Below, in pieces: positions 1 through 13,060 of a DNA stretch of 64,000 nt. Made by a program: the position numbers and the translations under genes. Source of the DNA: Malacoraja senta. Lineage: Eukaryota. Every line of letters starts with the position of its first letter. Position 1 is the first letter of the stretch. The notes under the pieces were generated by a model that worked only from the letters and a program-made list of their open reading frames with translations, was not told where the DNA came from and did no database searches. The DNA lies in NCBI GenBank assembly GCA_038087875.1, contig CM075988.1, positions 682,001 through 746,000 of the forward strand. The letters are read 5' to 3'.

Positions 1-429
1 GTCCAGTGTTGTCCCCTTCCAGGTCGGTCCATCTACACACTGCTTGAGAAAACTTTCCTGGACATAATCTGTCCCATCTAATCCCTCAGCACTGTATCTA
101 TCCAAGCTTTCCCAGAATGGATAACCTCACATTTCCCTTGAACTGCCACAGCATAGATACACTAAATTGTTTTTTCAGATGCAAGGCTGAGATTGAACAA
201 ATAAACCCCATCGCATTGGAATATAGAAGAGCGAGAATTGGTTTCATTGTGATGTACAAGCCTCTATGATTGAGAGATTGAGTTGATGCCAAGTCCCTGC
301 TTCCTCAGGTCGGAGTGTCTGAGAGTTGGAGTAGTGCACAAACTCTGTGTAAGAGATCGGCCTTTCCGAGAGGGAGTCATTGAGCCATTGGCAAGTAGAT
401 TAATCATTAGAACTAGAGGATATTGTTGA

Positions 430-2600
430 TGATGTATTAGAAGTGGTTAGATTTGAACAGTGTCAAGTTTGGGCCAAATGTCTTGTCTTTGGTCATATTT
501 ATCAGGCAGGAGGTACATGCTCGCTTTTATGTTCTTTCATGTTTTACGTGATTTACTGGAGATCTGTGACCTGCGGAGTTCCTCTGGGACTTCCATTGTT
601 TAGGAGTTATACAAAAGACTTGGACATACTGTAATTACCGGTGGATTGCTGGTCGGTTTGCATTTGACACCTAGATTGGGGAGTTGTAGATAATGCGGAA
701 AGTTCTCAAAGATCAGCTACAGAAACGGGTGGATATATGGCTGATGGAGTTTGATCAAAGTTATTGTGAATGGTTGCACTTTGGGAGATCGAACGTAAGG
801 GTAACGTATACAATTAATAGCAAGATCCTTAATAGCACTGATGTGCAGAGGGATCTTGGAGTCCAAATCCATAGCTCCATGGAATTGACAACACAAGTAG
901 ATAGAGTTGTAAAAGGTGGTGTGGTTGCCTTCCTTGGTTGGAGCATTGATGTGTTAGAAAGACCTGTAGCAGCATTACAGGAGCGGTTATTTGGAGTATT
1001 GAGTGCAGTTCTGGTTGCCCCATTACAGGAATGACATAGAGGCTTTAGAGAAGGTGCTGGAGGTTTACCACAATGCCTGGATTAGACGGTTTCAGCTACA
1101 GGGAGAGGTTGGACTGACTTGGATTGTTTTCGCTAGAGCGTTGGAAGCTGAGGGGAGGCCCAATAGAAGTATATAAATTATGAGAGGCATTGACAGAGTA
1201 GACAGGAAGAACCTTTCTCCCACAGTGGAAATGTTAAAGACCAGAGAGCATAGTTTTAAGTTGGGAGGAACAAGTTTATACACAGAGACTGGTGGGTGCC
1301 TGGAATGTGTTGCCATGGATGATGGTGGAGGCAAAAGCCATAGTGCCATTTTAGATGCTTGTGGATAGGCACATGGATAGGTAAGAAGCTGAGGCATATG
1401 GATCACGTGCAGGGGGAGGAGGGTTGGTTAACTTGGCATTATGTTCAGCACAGACGCTCAAGCAAAGGGGCAACTATGGAGGAGCCAGGAGAAGTAGTGA
1501 GCACATGGCATGGATAATCCTCTTCTGTATTCGCTAAAGTGGAAGGTGCTGCAGTTGGAGAATTTGGTTGGATGGGAATGCGCTGGCAGTGAATTTCCAC
1601 AAGTTATCATTAAAAAAATATTATTTGGATTAAAGATCGGTTAATCCCTGGGTTCTGACAGAGATACTTAGAGATCTAATCTTTACTTGCCCAAATGGGT
1701 TCCAGATGACAGGAAAACAACAAATATGTTGGCTTTGTCCACAAAGGGCACATCAGGTATATTATATCAGACGAGCAGGTCTATGAATCCAATGTCACTG
1801 GTAGGGAAATTACTGGGAAAGGCCAGGATTCAAGTAGCTTTGAATAGGCAGGGTTTGAACAAAGATATTTCAGCATTGATTTGTTGATGGGGAGATCCTG
1901 TCTGACTAATTTAATTGAATGTTTTGAAATTTCAAAATATTTTTGATGAGGCCAGCATGGTAAGATTGAGCAAGACTTGAGTAAGATTTTGACGAGGTCC
2001 ACAGGAAAAGCTCATCTAAAAGGTTGAAGCCTATGGAATCTAGATCAAGAAGGCAAATTTGATCCAAAATTGGAAGATGGTGTGACCAGTGGTATCACAG
2101 GGATCAGTCCTGGACTTTACTGTTTCCTATACACTTCAATGATCTGGATATGAATGTAGGAGGTGCGATTGGTAAATATGTGGATGACGAGATGGGTGTT
2201 GTTGATAGTGGGGGATGTAATTTTAAAGGTTGCAAAACAATATAGATCAGCTGGAAAATCGAGCAGGCCAATACTAAGTGGAATTCAATCCTCATAAGTG
2301 CAAAGTAATGCACTTATAATGCACAAGTTCTAATAAAATTAGGGCAGACACATAGAATGATTGGGCTCTGGGATCACACTGGGATGAATGACATTGCAGT
2401 GGAGAGGGTGCAAATGAGATTGACCATGATGTTGCTTGGGATAGAATCTTTCATTTATATGTAGAGACTGGAAAGGTTGGGATTGTTTTCCTTGGCAAGG
2501 AGCAGGCTGAGAGTGGTCACAATGGGGAGCATTGCAGGAAATGTTTCTCCGCACCAGAGGAATCCATCTCCAGAGGGCATAGGTTTTACCTCAGAGATAG
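430..2600 (+). mobile_element. Old, degraded CR1 LINE fragments (at least two copies)
   Basis: Broken CR1 RT/C-terminal remnants (WLMEFD..C..LHFGRSN, QRDLGVQIHSS, MRGIDRVD) with many stops and frameshifts. Confidence 0.75.
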
Positions 2601-2624
2601 GATGCTTGGATGGGAACTGAGGAA

Positions 2625-3795
2625 GATGTGTACATGGACTTTAGTAAGGCGTTCGACACGGTGCTGCATGGTAGGCTGCTCTGGAAGTTTAGATCTCATG
2701 GGATCCAAGGAGAGATAGCTGAATGGATAGCAAATTGGCTCCTTGGAAGGAAGCAGAGGGTGATGGTGGAAGGTTGCTTCTCAGAATGGAGGCCTGTGAC
2801 TAGTGGTGTACCTCAGGGTTCGGTGCTGGGCCCGTTACTGTTTGTCATCTACATCAATAATTTGGATGAGAACATACAGGGCAAGATTAGCAAGTTTGCT
2901 GATGATGCAAAAGTTAGTGGTTTTGCAGATAGTGAAGATGGTTGTGAACGATTGCAGCAGGATCTGGATCGATTGGCCAGGTGGGCGGAGGAATTGTTGA
3001 TGGAATTTAATACAGAGAAGTGTGAGGTGTTGCATTTTGGGACATCAAACGAGGGCAGGACCTACACAGCAAATGGTAGTCCTCTGGGTAGTGTTGTAGA
3101 GCAGAGGGCTCTAGGAGTGCAGGTGCATGGTTCCTTGAAGGTCGAGTCACAGGTAGATAAGGTGGTCAAAAAGGCTTTTGGCACTTTGGCCTTCATCAGT
3201 CAGAGTATTGAGTATAAAAGTTGTGAGGTCATGTTACAGTTGTATAAGATGTTGGTGAGACCACAGTTAGAATATTGTGTTCAGTTCTGGGCACCATGTT
3301 ATAGGAAATATATTGTCAAGCTTGAAAGGGTTCAGAAAAGATTTACGAGAATCTTGCCAGGACTAGAGGGTGTGAGCTATAGGGAGAGGTGGGGTAGGCT
3401 GGGTCTCTATTACATGGAGCGCAAGAGGGTGAGTGGAGATCTTATAGAGGTACACAAAATCATGAGAGGAATAGATCGGATGGATGCACAGACTTTTACC
3501 CAGAGTAGGGGAATCAAGGAGCAGAGGACATAGGTTCAAGGTGAAGGAGAAAAGATTTAATAGGAATCCGAGGGGTAATTTTTTCACACAGAGGGTGGTG
3601 TGTGTATGGAACAAGCTGCCAGAGGTAGTTGAGGCTGGGACTATCCCATCGGTTAAGAAACATTTGGACAGGTACATAGATAGGACAGGTTTGGAGGGCT
3701 GTGGACAAAGCGCAGGCAAGTGGGGCAAGGGTAGCTGGGACATTGTGGACGAGTTGGGCTGAAGGGCCTGTTTCCACATTGTATCGCTCTCTATC
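2625..3795 (+). mobile_element. 5'-truncated CR1 LINE (ORF2 RT and C-terminus, 3' UTR)
   Basis: ORF 2610-3533 has [21 protein letters not shown]; a frameshift continues it into 3484-3762 (FFTQRVV.VWNKLP); CR1-type 3' UTR gggctgaagggcctgttt. Confidence 0.93.
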
Positions 3796-4698
3796 TTGTT
3801 TTACCGAGCGTGGATGGAAGCGGGAATGTACTGACCGATTGGGGTGGAGGTAGGTAGTCTCACAGCATGGGCGCATAAATGACCAAGACAGAGAAGGCTT
3901 TGGGTTGAGTGTTGGTAAAAATGCACTCATCATAGAGAGTACTTGGTGGTTGGCATGGACACTGGGCCAAAGGCTGTGTGACCCCAAGATTCTGTGAGTC
4001 TAATTCATATTTAACCTTGGGCCGATTTCTGGTACTCTAACTCCAGAAAGGATGTTAAGGCCCAGAAAACACAAAATACTCCAGACTGAGGGGTTACATT
4101 GTCATTTTAAACAAGAGAAACTAGGAATTTTCTTCTTGTGGACCAAGAAGTTTGGGAGTAAGTGTGGGCAAAAAATAATGACTGCTTCAATTAGAAATGG
4201 TTCCATGACCATGGGACACATTTAAAATTTGACCAAAACAATGCAAGAGATATGTGAGAGGAACGGTATAACCTGCCATCATATTTAATACACATGTGAT
4301 GGGTGTGTGCCTGTGTTGTACTGTTCTGCGTTCTAATATTACAGCCTCGGGTCCTTGTAGCTTATACACCGCTGCTCTTACACAATTTTAATCGTGAAGA
4401 AACTTCAGCTCCAGAACATAAAGCATCTCAAGGTGAATCGTGTCATATTTTTGGCTGTCCGTTAGTCATGGATTCAGAGTGTTATGCTGCACAGAAACGG
4501 GGCCTTCAGCCCACCATGTTCATGCTGACCATTAAAAACCAAAATATACTGATTTTATCCCCCAGTCCTTTGTCCGCAGCCTTTCCCTTGTGCAGAGCCA
4601 GCAACATATTGGACATTACACAAATGTGACCAAGACCCAGAAGGAAATAGGAATCCTATTTGGTCTTTTCCACTGTATCACTGATTTGTGGCACTCAC

Positions 4699-4791
4699 TG
4701 TTTGTCCTTGGATGCTGTGCTGCGGCTTATTGAACTTTGGCATTGGAATCTTTCCAGCAACTCTGTCCCTGTGCTTCCGACTGCAGATATG
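4699..4791 (-). CDS. ZNF385A: ZNF385A-like coding exon 7 (end of zinc finger 3)
   Basis: Acceptor ttttgttctcttgtcag|, donor ACA|GTGAGT, 93 nt, phase 0 to 0. Encodes HICSRKHRDRVAGKIPMPKFNKPQHSIQGQT, matching HISSRRHRD.VAGK. The downstream terminal exon was not located. Confidence 0.9.
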
Positions 4792-6550
4792 CTGACAAGA
4801 GAACAAAATGTCACAATTATTCATAACATATCAGAACGTGTCAAATTCTGTTACAGCAGTGGGCACAGTCACCACTTTTGGGCTTGGTGCACGAGGCTGA
4901 GGCTGAGGCAGGAGACATTCAGTGGAGCAGAGATCACTGGAGCAAGACATTGCTCTTCTTTACTCAGATTCCTTTGCTGTAAAGTCCAACACACAATCTG
5001 GTGTTCGAGTCACTTGTGGTACCTGCATTTTAACTTTCTTTTATATGTGTCACGACCACCTAGGTGTCAGTGAACACCTCTTACTGGTTAAAAAAAAGTC
5101 TTCTTTTCTATATTTTTCTGCTAAAATGTATGGCCTGACAATTTGCACCATTTGATGTGCTGTATTGTGCAGTCACTAATTGCCCAGTGCCCGAATCTTC
5201 TCTGCATCTTTCTTGCACCATGCATTGTGCATTGCACCATACATCAAACTGTGAGCAATCAGTAATCTTGGATATATTACAGATGGACTTGGTCACCGCA
5301 TCCGAATCATCAACATTGAATGTGAACATTGGGGATCCCATCGCACTGACTAATCACAGCTTCCCCACCAAACAATGATCATTTTGATCATCACTTTTTC
5401 CGTTCTAGTCCACCAGTTTATTCCTCCCAATCACATTTGTCTAACTATGCTTAATATTTCCTTATGTGAAACGGCACTGGAGATCTTGTGTCCATATAAG
5501 CCATATCCTCTTTGTGTTCTGCAGGTGTACCTCTCAGAAAGCTCCACCGATTTTGTTTTTGTTGTTCATTCAGGAGATTTGGGCTGAGCCTACATTTAAT
5601 TGCCTGTCCCTGTGAAGTGGCAGTGAGTTGCCTTCATGGACCACTGCAGTCCTTGAAGTGTGGCCAGATCCAAATGCTGTTTGGGAGCGAGTTCCAAGAT
5701 TTCGACTCAATGACGATGAAGAAACAGATTTTTAAATATGATTGTCCCTTTCATAAATCCATGTTGACCATATGCAATCCGATTATATTTTTGAAGTGCA
5801 CTGTTACCACCACCAGAATGATAGATTCCAGCATTTCCTAGCTACTGTTCGTGAGAAAACTGATCAGATTTCATCATGTTCACCTTTAATCCTTTACGGA
5901 ATAGTAGGATTATATTTGTTACATACCAATGTCTGGGAATTATTAGAAAAACTTCGGAAATAACATGCAGTATAGCTACTGTGCAAGAATGTTTGTGATT
6001 AGCAAATCAAGAGTTAAAACTTAGTACCTGCTTGTATTGTCTCTATTATGCTTCCCTGTATGTTTCCTAATTTCTTTGGAATATACTTATCTGCAGCTGC
6101 AGATTAGTCCCCTGTACATATATTAAAAACTGATCATCGGAAGAAAGTAGCATGGCAATGGTTATAAAGTTGTGGGTTTTTTTGGTACTTTTGTACTTTG
6201 TAGTAATTAAAGCATGACTTTAGTCACGTGGACCTGCTTGCTCTATGGTATATACAGTAAGATATCGGTGAAATACTTGCAGCAGAGTCTGGCTTAGTAG
6301 ATCACAGATTGTCCGTGATCACATTAATAAAACCTCGCAACCTCGAAGTCTAGTTCCGGCAGTGTTTCTTTAAGTAACTTCCCTGACAACCAGGTAACCC
6401 ACTTTTTTTTAAACCTGTGAGGCAAATTATCAGGCACTGAGGATTTATCTGCTGTTAGTCTCAATGATTTGTAAAATGCATTTTGTTTTCACAACTAATA
6501 TTTAGTAGGTTGGTAGATGGCACCAAGGTTGCTGGAGCTGCGGATAGTGA

Positions 6551-7189
6551 AGGCCCTGTCCCACTTACGCGTCCTTGGCACGCAAATTACGCGCCCTCAT
6601 GGTCGCGTTGAGTCGCACGGGTATCGTGTGGCCGCGCGGGGCCCGTCCCACTGAGAAGCGCGGAGTGGTATGTAGTTGTGCGCGAGATCGTGCGGCGCTC
6701 CGAAATTTTGTAGCGAACTAAATCTTTGCGCGCCACCGGCCTGTCGCGGAACCGACGGCCAAAGTGGGACAGGCCCAAGACCCTGGCGAGATGAAACGTC
6801 TCACCTCCAACAGCAGCAGAAGCAGGCAAACGATCGCCTGGGACTCAAGGCCGTTGCGGTCCGGATCTGCCTCTACTTCTACTCCCAGAGCAGGGCCAAG
6901 AAAATTTAAGATAGACACAAAATGCTGGAGTAACTCAGCGGGACCGGCAGCATCTCTGGAGAGAAGGAATGGATGACGTTTCGGGTCAAGACCCTTCTTT
7001 CAGACTGAAGAAGGGTCTCAACCCGAAACATCACCCATTGCTTCTCTCCAGAGATGCTGCCAGTCCCGCTGAGTTACTCCAGCATTTTGTGTCCATCTTC
7101 AAATGATGTCACATGCTCCAGATGGCTGTGCGGGTGCATGAAATCGCGCGCGACCATCGCGCCTCAACGCGACCAGTGGGACAGGGGCT
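6551..7189 (+). mobile_element. PIF/Harbinger-type MITE copy 1, carrying a palindromic PLE/HHR cassette
   Basis: TIRs AGGCCCTGTCCCACT / AGTGGGACAGGGGCT; 3-bp TSD TGA (6548-6550, 7190-7192); interrupts a degraded CR1; non-coding. Confidence 0.85.
6908..7099. repeat. Head-to-head palindromic dimer of the PLE 3' terminal/HHR module
   Basis: Arms of about 95 bp (aagatagacacaaaatgctggagtaactcagc... and ...gctgagttactccagcattttgtgtccatctt) meet at cagactg. Each strand carries a CTGA(A)AGA-stem-GAAA core. Confidence 0.88.
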
Positions 7190-7459
7190 TGAGGCTGTCA
7201 GAAGATAAAACAGGATATAGATCAGCTGCAGAAATGGGCAGTGAAGTGGCAGATGGAGTTTAATCTGAGCAAGTGTGACTTGCTACACTTTGAGAGAATG
7301 AATGTAAGAGGAAAGTATACAATTAATGGCCAGACCCTTAACAGCATTGATGTATAGAAGGATCATGGGGTCCATGTCCATAACTCCCTGAAAGTGGTAG
7401 ATAATGTTGAGTGAAGGCATATGGTATGCTTGCCTTCATTGGTGGAGCATTGAGTGTAA

Positions 7460-8143
7460 AGGGCCTGTCCCACTTACGTGTCCTTGATACGCAAATTACG
7501 TTGAGCCGAGATGGTCGAGCGATGGTCGGGCGCGATTACATGCGTACGCACAGCCGTCTGGAGCGCGTGACGTCATTTGAAGATGGACACAAAGCTGGAG
7601 TAACTCAGCGGGACTGGCAGCATCTCTGGAGAGAAGCAATGGGTGACGTTTCGTGTCGAGACTCTTCTTCAGTCTGAAAAGAAGGGCCTTGACCCGAAAC
7701 GTCACCCATTGCTTCTCTCCAGAGATGCTGCCGGTCCCGCTGAGTTACTCCAGCATTTTGTGTCTATCTTCAATTTTCTTGGCCCCTGGGAGTAGAAGTG
7801 GGGGCAGACCCGGACCGCAACGGCCGTGAGCCCCAGGCCGAGTTCGGCGATCGTTTGCCTGCTCCTGCTGCTGTTGCAGGTGAGACGTTGCGTCGTGCCA
7901 GGTTCTTGGGCCTGTCCCACTTTGGTCGTCAGTTCCGCGACAGGCCGTTGGCGCACAAAGATTTAGTTCACTGCAAGAATTTCGGAGCCCCGCGAGATGT
8001 CGGGACCAGCCCCGCACAACTCCATACCCCTCCGCGCTTCTAAGTGGGACCAGCCCCGCGCGGCCATATGGTGCCCGTACGCCTCAAGCGACCAAGAGGT
8101 CGCGTAATTTGCGAGCCAAGGATGCGTAAGTGGGACAGGCCCT
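7460..8143 (-). mobile_element. PIF/Harbinger-type MITE copy 2 (same family, inverted)
   Basis: TIRs AGGGCCTGTCCCACTTACG / CGTAAGTGGGACAGGCCCT; TSD TAA (7457-7459, 8144-8146); internal sequence is the reverse complement of copy 1. Confidence 0.88.
7580..7770. repeat. Head-to-head palindromic dimer of the PLE/HHR module (in MITE copy 2)
   Basis: Same palindrome as 6908-7099, in the opposite orientation. Confidence 0.88.
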
Positions 8144-9429
8144 TAAGTGTCAGTAAGTCATGATGCAGCTTTAAAGGACTTTGGTTAGTCTGCACTTGGA
8201 GTACTGAGTGCAGTTGTGATCGCCGCATTACAGGAAGGATTAGAGGTTTTGGAAAGGCTGCAGAAGAGGTTTTCCAGGATAATGCCTGGATTAGAAGTAT
8301 AATGTATTATGTATAATGAGAGGTTAGACAGACTCAAATAGTTTTCTCTACAATGTTGGTGGTTGAGAGAAGAACTGATATAAAATTGTGACAGCATAGA
8401 CAGTCAGATTCCTTACCCAGGTGGGAATATCAAAGACTAAAGAGCATAGCATAAGGTGATAGGGGCAAAGTGTAAAGGAGATGCACGGGGCATGTTTATT
8501 TACATAGAGGACAGTAGGTGCCTGGAATGCGCTGCCAGCGTTCCATGGATTCTACCTGAGCCGCGAAATTCCTGCAGCACTGCAGTTTGCTTTGCTCATG
8601 CTTTTGTACATTACAATACATTCAACCCGCAGCCCTCTATTTTTCATAAAAGTCTCAGTATATACAACCTCTCCCTATAACTCAAGCCCACAAGTCCAGG
8701 TAACATCTTTTGCACATTTTTTAACTTAATGTCACCCTTGTTATAAATGAGCTTGTAGAGGTTTCTAAATCTAGAAGTCTAAGGTGAGAACAGAGAGATG
8801 CAAGACGAACCTTAGGGACACCATTTTCACTCAGAGGGAACAAGCTATAGAAGTGGACACAATTATGACTGCCAAAGGACATTTGTGCAGATGTATGGAC
8901 TGGAAGCATTAAGAGGTACATGGAGAAAATGCAGGCAAACGCAACTAGTCCAGAATGTCCCTTGGTCGTTGTGCCAAAGGACTGTTTCCCTGCTCTGTAG
9001 CTCTGTTGCTCTACGACCCCTTTTTGAACCAGGCAAACGAGAAAACAAGTTTTAAGTTGCAGAGAGGATGTGGGAGGGATAGAAAGGACAGAAATGTGAG
9101 GCCAGGATTGCTAAGCTGATGAATTGTGGATGAAGCCATCTGGTTGAGGTGTTAATGAGGGTAGTGAGAGGAGTTAGGGGAGAGAAAATAAATAACGGCA
9201 CGTGCAGAAGCTGTGTATGTAGATACAAGCTGTCGGAAGTGTCCAGGTCAGGCTGCGTTAGTGGGAGAACAGCTCCAAATCTCACAACTGGATGGCTGGT
9301 CTGAGACAAATGACCAATTTTGATAGTCAGGAAGTTTCCCTCATGCCCAGATAGAGTCATAGAGCCATAGAACTACACAGCATGGAAACAGGCCCTTTGG
9401 CCCAACTCGTCTATGCCGACCTATGTCAA

Positions 9430-9707
9430 CCGGCGACAGGTTGTCTTCAGTTATATTCAGTTGTCGCCGACAGGGTCGTTGCTTGTCGTAGCTTGTCGCG
9501 TAGGTGGACGTAGGTTGACTTTGGTTATTGCCTGTGTGGTTGGAGGTTGTCGTAGGTGTGGTCATAGGTGGACGTCCTAGTTGGTCGCCGGTTGTCGGTA
9601 GCTTGTTGTAGACATTGTCGTGGGAGGGGATCCAATCGCCGCTTTTTCAGCGACCCGCTACGACTGTGACAGTCGCCGAAAAAAATCGCCTAGGTGGGAC
9701 AGGCCCT
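9430..9707. mobile_element. Partial Harbinger-type MITE (one terminus)
   Basis: Ends GGTGGGACAGGCCCT|TTA, the same TIR family as the other MITEs; gtcg/gtagg-rich interior; left end lost. Confidence 0.65.
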
Positions 9708-9969
9708 TTAGGGAATTGAGTATGAGTGTTGGGACTCAGCTGTTCAGGCACTATCTAGGGATAGAATGGACAGATGATGTTTCAGTCAGGAGCCTTGTTC
9801 AGACTGATGTAGGAAGGAGAAATATGGAAAAAAAGAGCTGAGGGCAGCACAAAGCCTGGTAAGATAGAGGTGAAGGAAACAAAAGGGTGTCAGATCAGGA
9901 GGGTAGAAATTAGACGTAATGCCCGAGGGAGCGATGTGGAAGGAAGGGGACAGGTGAAGGGGAAACATG

Positions 9970-11510
9970 TAGCAATGTTACAAAAGTTTGAGATTTTAAA
10001 AATCAAGTCTGCAATTTATCCCATCAGATAAAGTATAAAAAGAAGTTTAATTTGACAACTAATTCACTTTCATATCTTCAGTATTAAAGAAGTTGTGGCC
10101 ATTTTCATACTCGGAAATTAGCATCTTGTTCCCTATTGCTTTTCCATTGACTTAACACAAAAGCTGTGATCGAGGACAGTCAAAAGCCCATAACTTTCTT
10201 AAAAATTAAGAGAACTGAATGACATTTTCAGTAATTATAGATTGAAGCATTCTGAAACAAATATAAAACATCTTACTTGGATGACCTGAAATTAAAGCAT
10301 ATAATTAGTTAATTACCCAATTGTAGTTAATTACAAAATTGACCGTTGTGACGGAAATAGTAATAAAAGACTGCCTTGAAAATTAAAAACATGTGATATT
10401 CTCAAGATCAGAACTTTAATATTATTGTATTATATACTGTAAATCCATAACAGATAGGTAAATAAATTACAATTTCTAGCAATAGACCAAGTCTTTATGG
10501 AGAAGATCAGTTGCTAGCTGGTACATTGGCATATCATAATCAGTAGCATCACCATACTCCTCAGATTGTAACCAATAAGCAACTCTGTACACCTTGTTTT
10601 TCCTCAACATCAATTTTGGCATTGTAAACTACAAGTTTGTGCTCTTCAAACCACACAAGACATGCCTTTCTGCCAATTACTTTCCCATTAAGAATGTCCT
10701 GTAGATTCCATTTCTTAAAAAAATGATATATTTTTTTAATAGCCTAAGTATCCAAATAACAAATTAATCCCATTCACACAAGAATTCACAATATAACATG
10801 ATTTTTAAATCTCACTGACATTAATTTATATGCCAGATGGAAGGAATTTAATGTTTAATTCCCATAAATTAATCTAGAACCATCCACAATATAATTAAAA
10901 TTATTATTTTTTTGCACAAAACTGATATTTAGTATAAAAATATTGATTATGGGTAAACAATAACACAAAATATAGATGATTTAGATGCTCTTATGACATG
11001 ATTGTCCAAAAAAAAGAGCATTAAAATCATCTTGCGAGTGGGTTTTTCTGGAACGTGATCGATTGGAATGTTGCATTTGCGGTGAATTTGAACCCCATAT
11101 TGGCAGGAAAAGCACTGCCGGTTCGTATGGGGCCCAAATCACATTTTCGCAAAGGAAAATTAGATTAAAGCCATCCCGAGAAATAAGTTTATATGTAAAA
11201 TAAACGAGTTACATTACGTTTTGTCCCCTTCATGCGATCTGTCCTGTTGTAGGCATTGAGGGCGTTAGAAGTCACTTTTTATTTTAATGTAATTATTAAA
11301 TTGTCTCGCGATTAAATAAATTAAAAAATCGGGAACGAAAGTCCGATCGATTGTTCTTCAGGAGCTTAGCTGCCCAAAGAAAGCCGACTCCGATAAGCAG
11401 GAGAAAACGGCATTTTAATCTCCCCCCCCCCCCTCAAAGGCTCCAAAGTCGAGCACACGGCCAGTGGCAGAACTGCAGAGCCGCTGAAGGTAAGTTTTGT
11501 AACATCGCTA
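9970..11510. mobile_element. Non-autonomous TIR DNA transposon, hAT-like
   Basis: TIRs TAGCAATGTTACAAAAGTT / AAGTTTTGTAACATCGCTA (17/19 identical); flanks aaacatg / aaacatag (8-bp TSD with a 1-nt deletion); AT-rich non-coding interior. Confidence 0.78.
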
Positions 11511-13060
11511 AAACATAGGCTATTGGCCGAGGAGCTTTTTCGTTCAAGTTCGTAAGCCAACTCATGGAACTACCTGAATTTTTAACATATTGTTTAAAAA
11601 TATTATATAAATCATACCTGAAACTTGTCAAGAACAAACCCTGCACATTGTTAATAAATTTGAGAAAAACCTCAAATTTTTCGAGTAGCTTTCGTCCAAT
11701 CAAAGGACGTTTAACATTGAGTCGGATGCCAATTGGCCAGTCACATGCTTTGTTTCAGGCTAGCTAGGTAGGGAGCACACATCATGGCTGAGAGTACTTC
11801 TACTGAAGCTAGTGTTACTGGAGACTCTGATGAAGGTTCTTTGTTGTTCTGTGGAATACACGTCGTGGAAACTCACAGCACTGGAACTGAAAGGTAAGAT
11901 CTAAAGTGAATGTATGAACTTTAATTAATTTAATTTCACCCTCTTATAATGTGAAAAATGAGATCTGGATGCTGATGTTGAGGGCCTAAACTATGTCTAT
12001 CCATAACAAATTAAATTAAAATTTGTCACTAATGCCAACTTGTTGAAGTCTTCTTTAACATCTAATCTCGGAGCTGCCTGCGATCACTTATCGAGAAAAA
12101 GTGCTCTGACCGCGGGGCCCATGTACTTAACTCCGTTAAGAAGCGGCCGATTCGGGAACTCGGACCCGCGGAGTGTGTTTGGATCATCTCCGCGGGGGGG
12201 AAGGCTGTACATAGTGCCATCGGTAGCGGCGACTGCGGAGGTTTCCAGGCCCCGACCACGGGAGAACAACGGTCAGAAATGGTCAGAAATGGTTGATGTT
12301 TACGTTGAAATCAATTGGTGTATGTGAACTTGAACTAATTTATCTACGGTAGTAACTTAGTGTAAGTCTCATTAACATTAAGAAGAGGTTGACATTTTAT
12401 GAATTGAAGTCCATGCAGACTTAATGATTATGAGATTTTTTTTCTGTTGCCTCTGCCCCTCCACATGAACCTAAACTAACTTATCTATGGTAGTAAATTA
12501 CAGTGTAACTCTCATTGACATTAAGAAGAAGTTGACATTTTATGAATTGAAGTCCATGCAGACCTTGGTACTATGAGATGGGGTTTTTTATGTAGCTTCT
12601 GCGCCTCAACTCTTCAGAGCCCCATGCACATTCACACACAAAAGTGTCTTGTGTGGACATGCACTGTAGGCACTGTGCCACATAATGAACACTAATTTGA
12701 TAATTTGCAGACTTGCCATCCCATCTACCTGGATATGCGTACATGTATATTTCCCCATCGATATGTTGATATTGTCTTACTCAATATATAACATGAAAAG
12801 ATGTAAAATACTCCCGGACACATTTTATCTTCTATTATTAGGAGGCAGCAGTATATCCCGGGTTATCATGCCGAGTACTATCTTCACTTCTGCAACATCA
12901 CAACAATAAACCGAGCTATAGCAAGGTCTAGAAGGAAGAAAGGTAACGATAGGACTCAAACAACAATTCTTTGTATTTATGGTCATATGATGTTATTTGA
13001 ACAATGAAAAGATATATTTGAGGATGTTGATTTATTTTACTTTTCATTCCTTTTCTGTTT

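Noticed and set aside
3514..3987. Candidate terminal exon of ZNF385A
   Set aside because: No ZNF385 C-terminal motif (P.PGPIRT.H..ILF.PY) in the frames read and no good acceptor; mostly CR1 antisense.
4940..5022. Possible extra minus-strand exon after aatgcag|
   Set aside because: All three frames reach a stop quickly, and exon 6 joins exon 7 exactly within finger 3.
6587..8228. Cluster of short GC-rich ORFs
   Set aside because: Chance frames in MITEs; the two copies do not preserve a common full-length frame.
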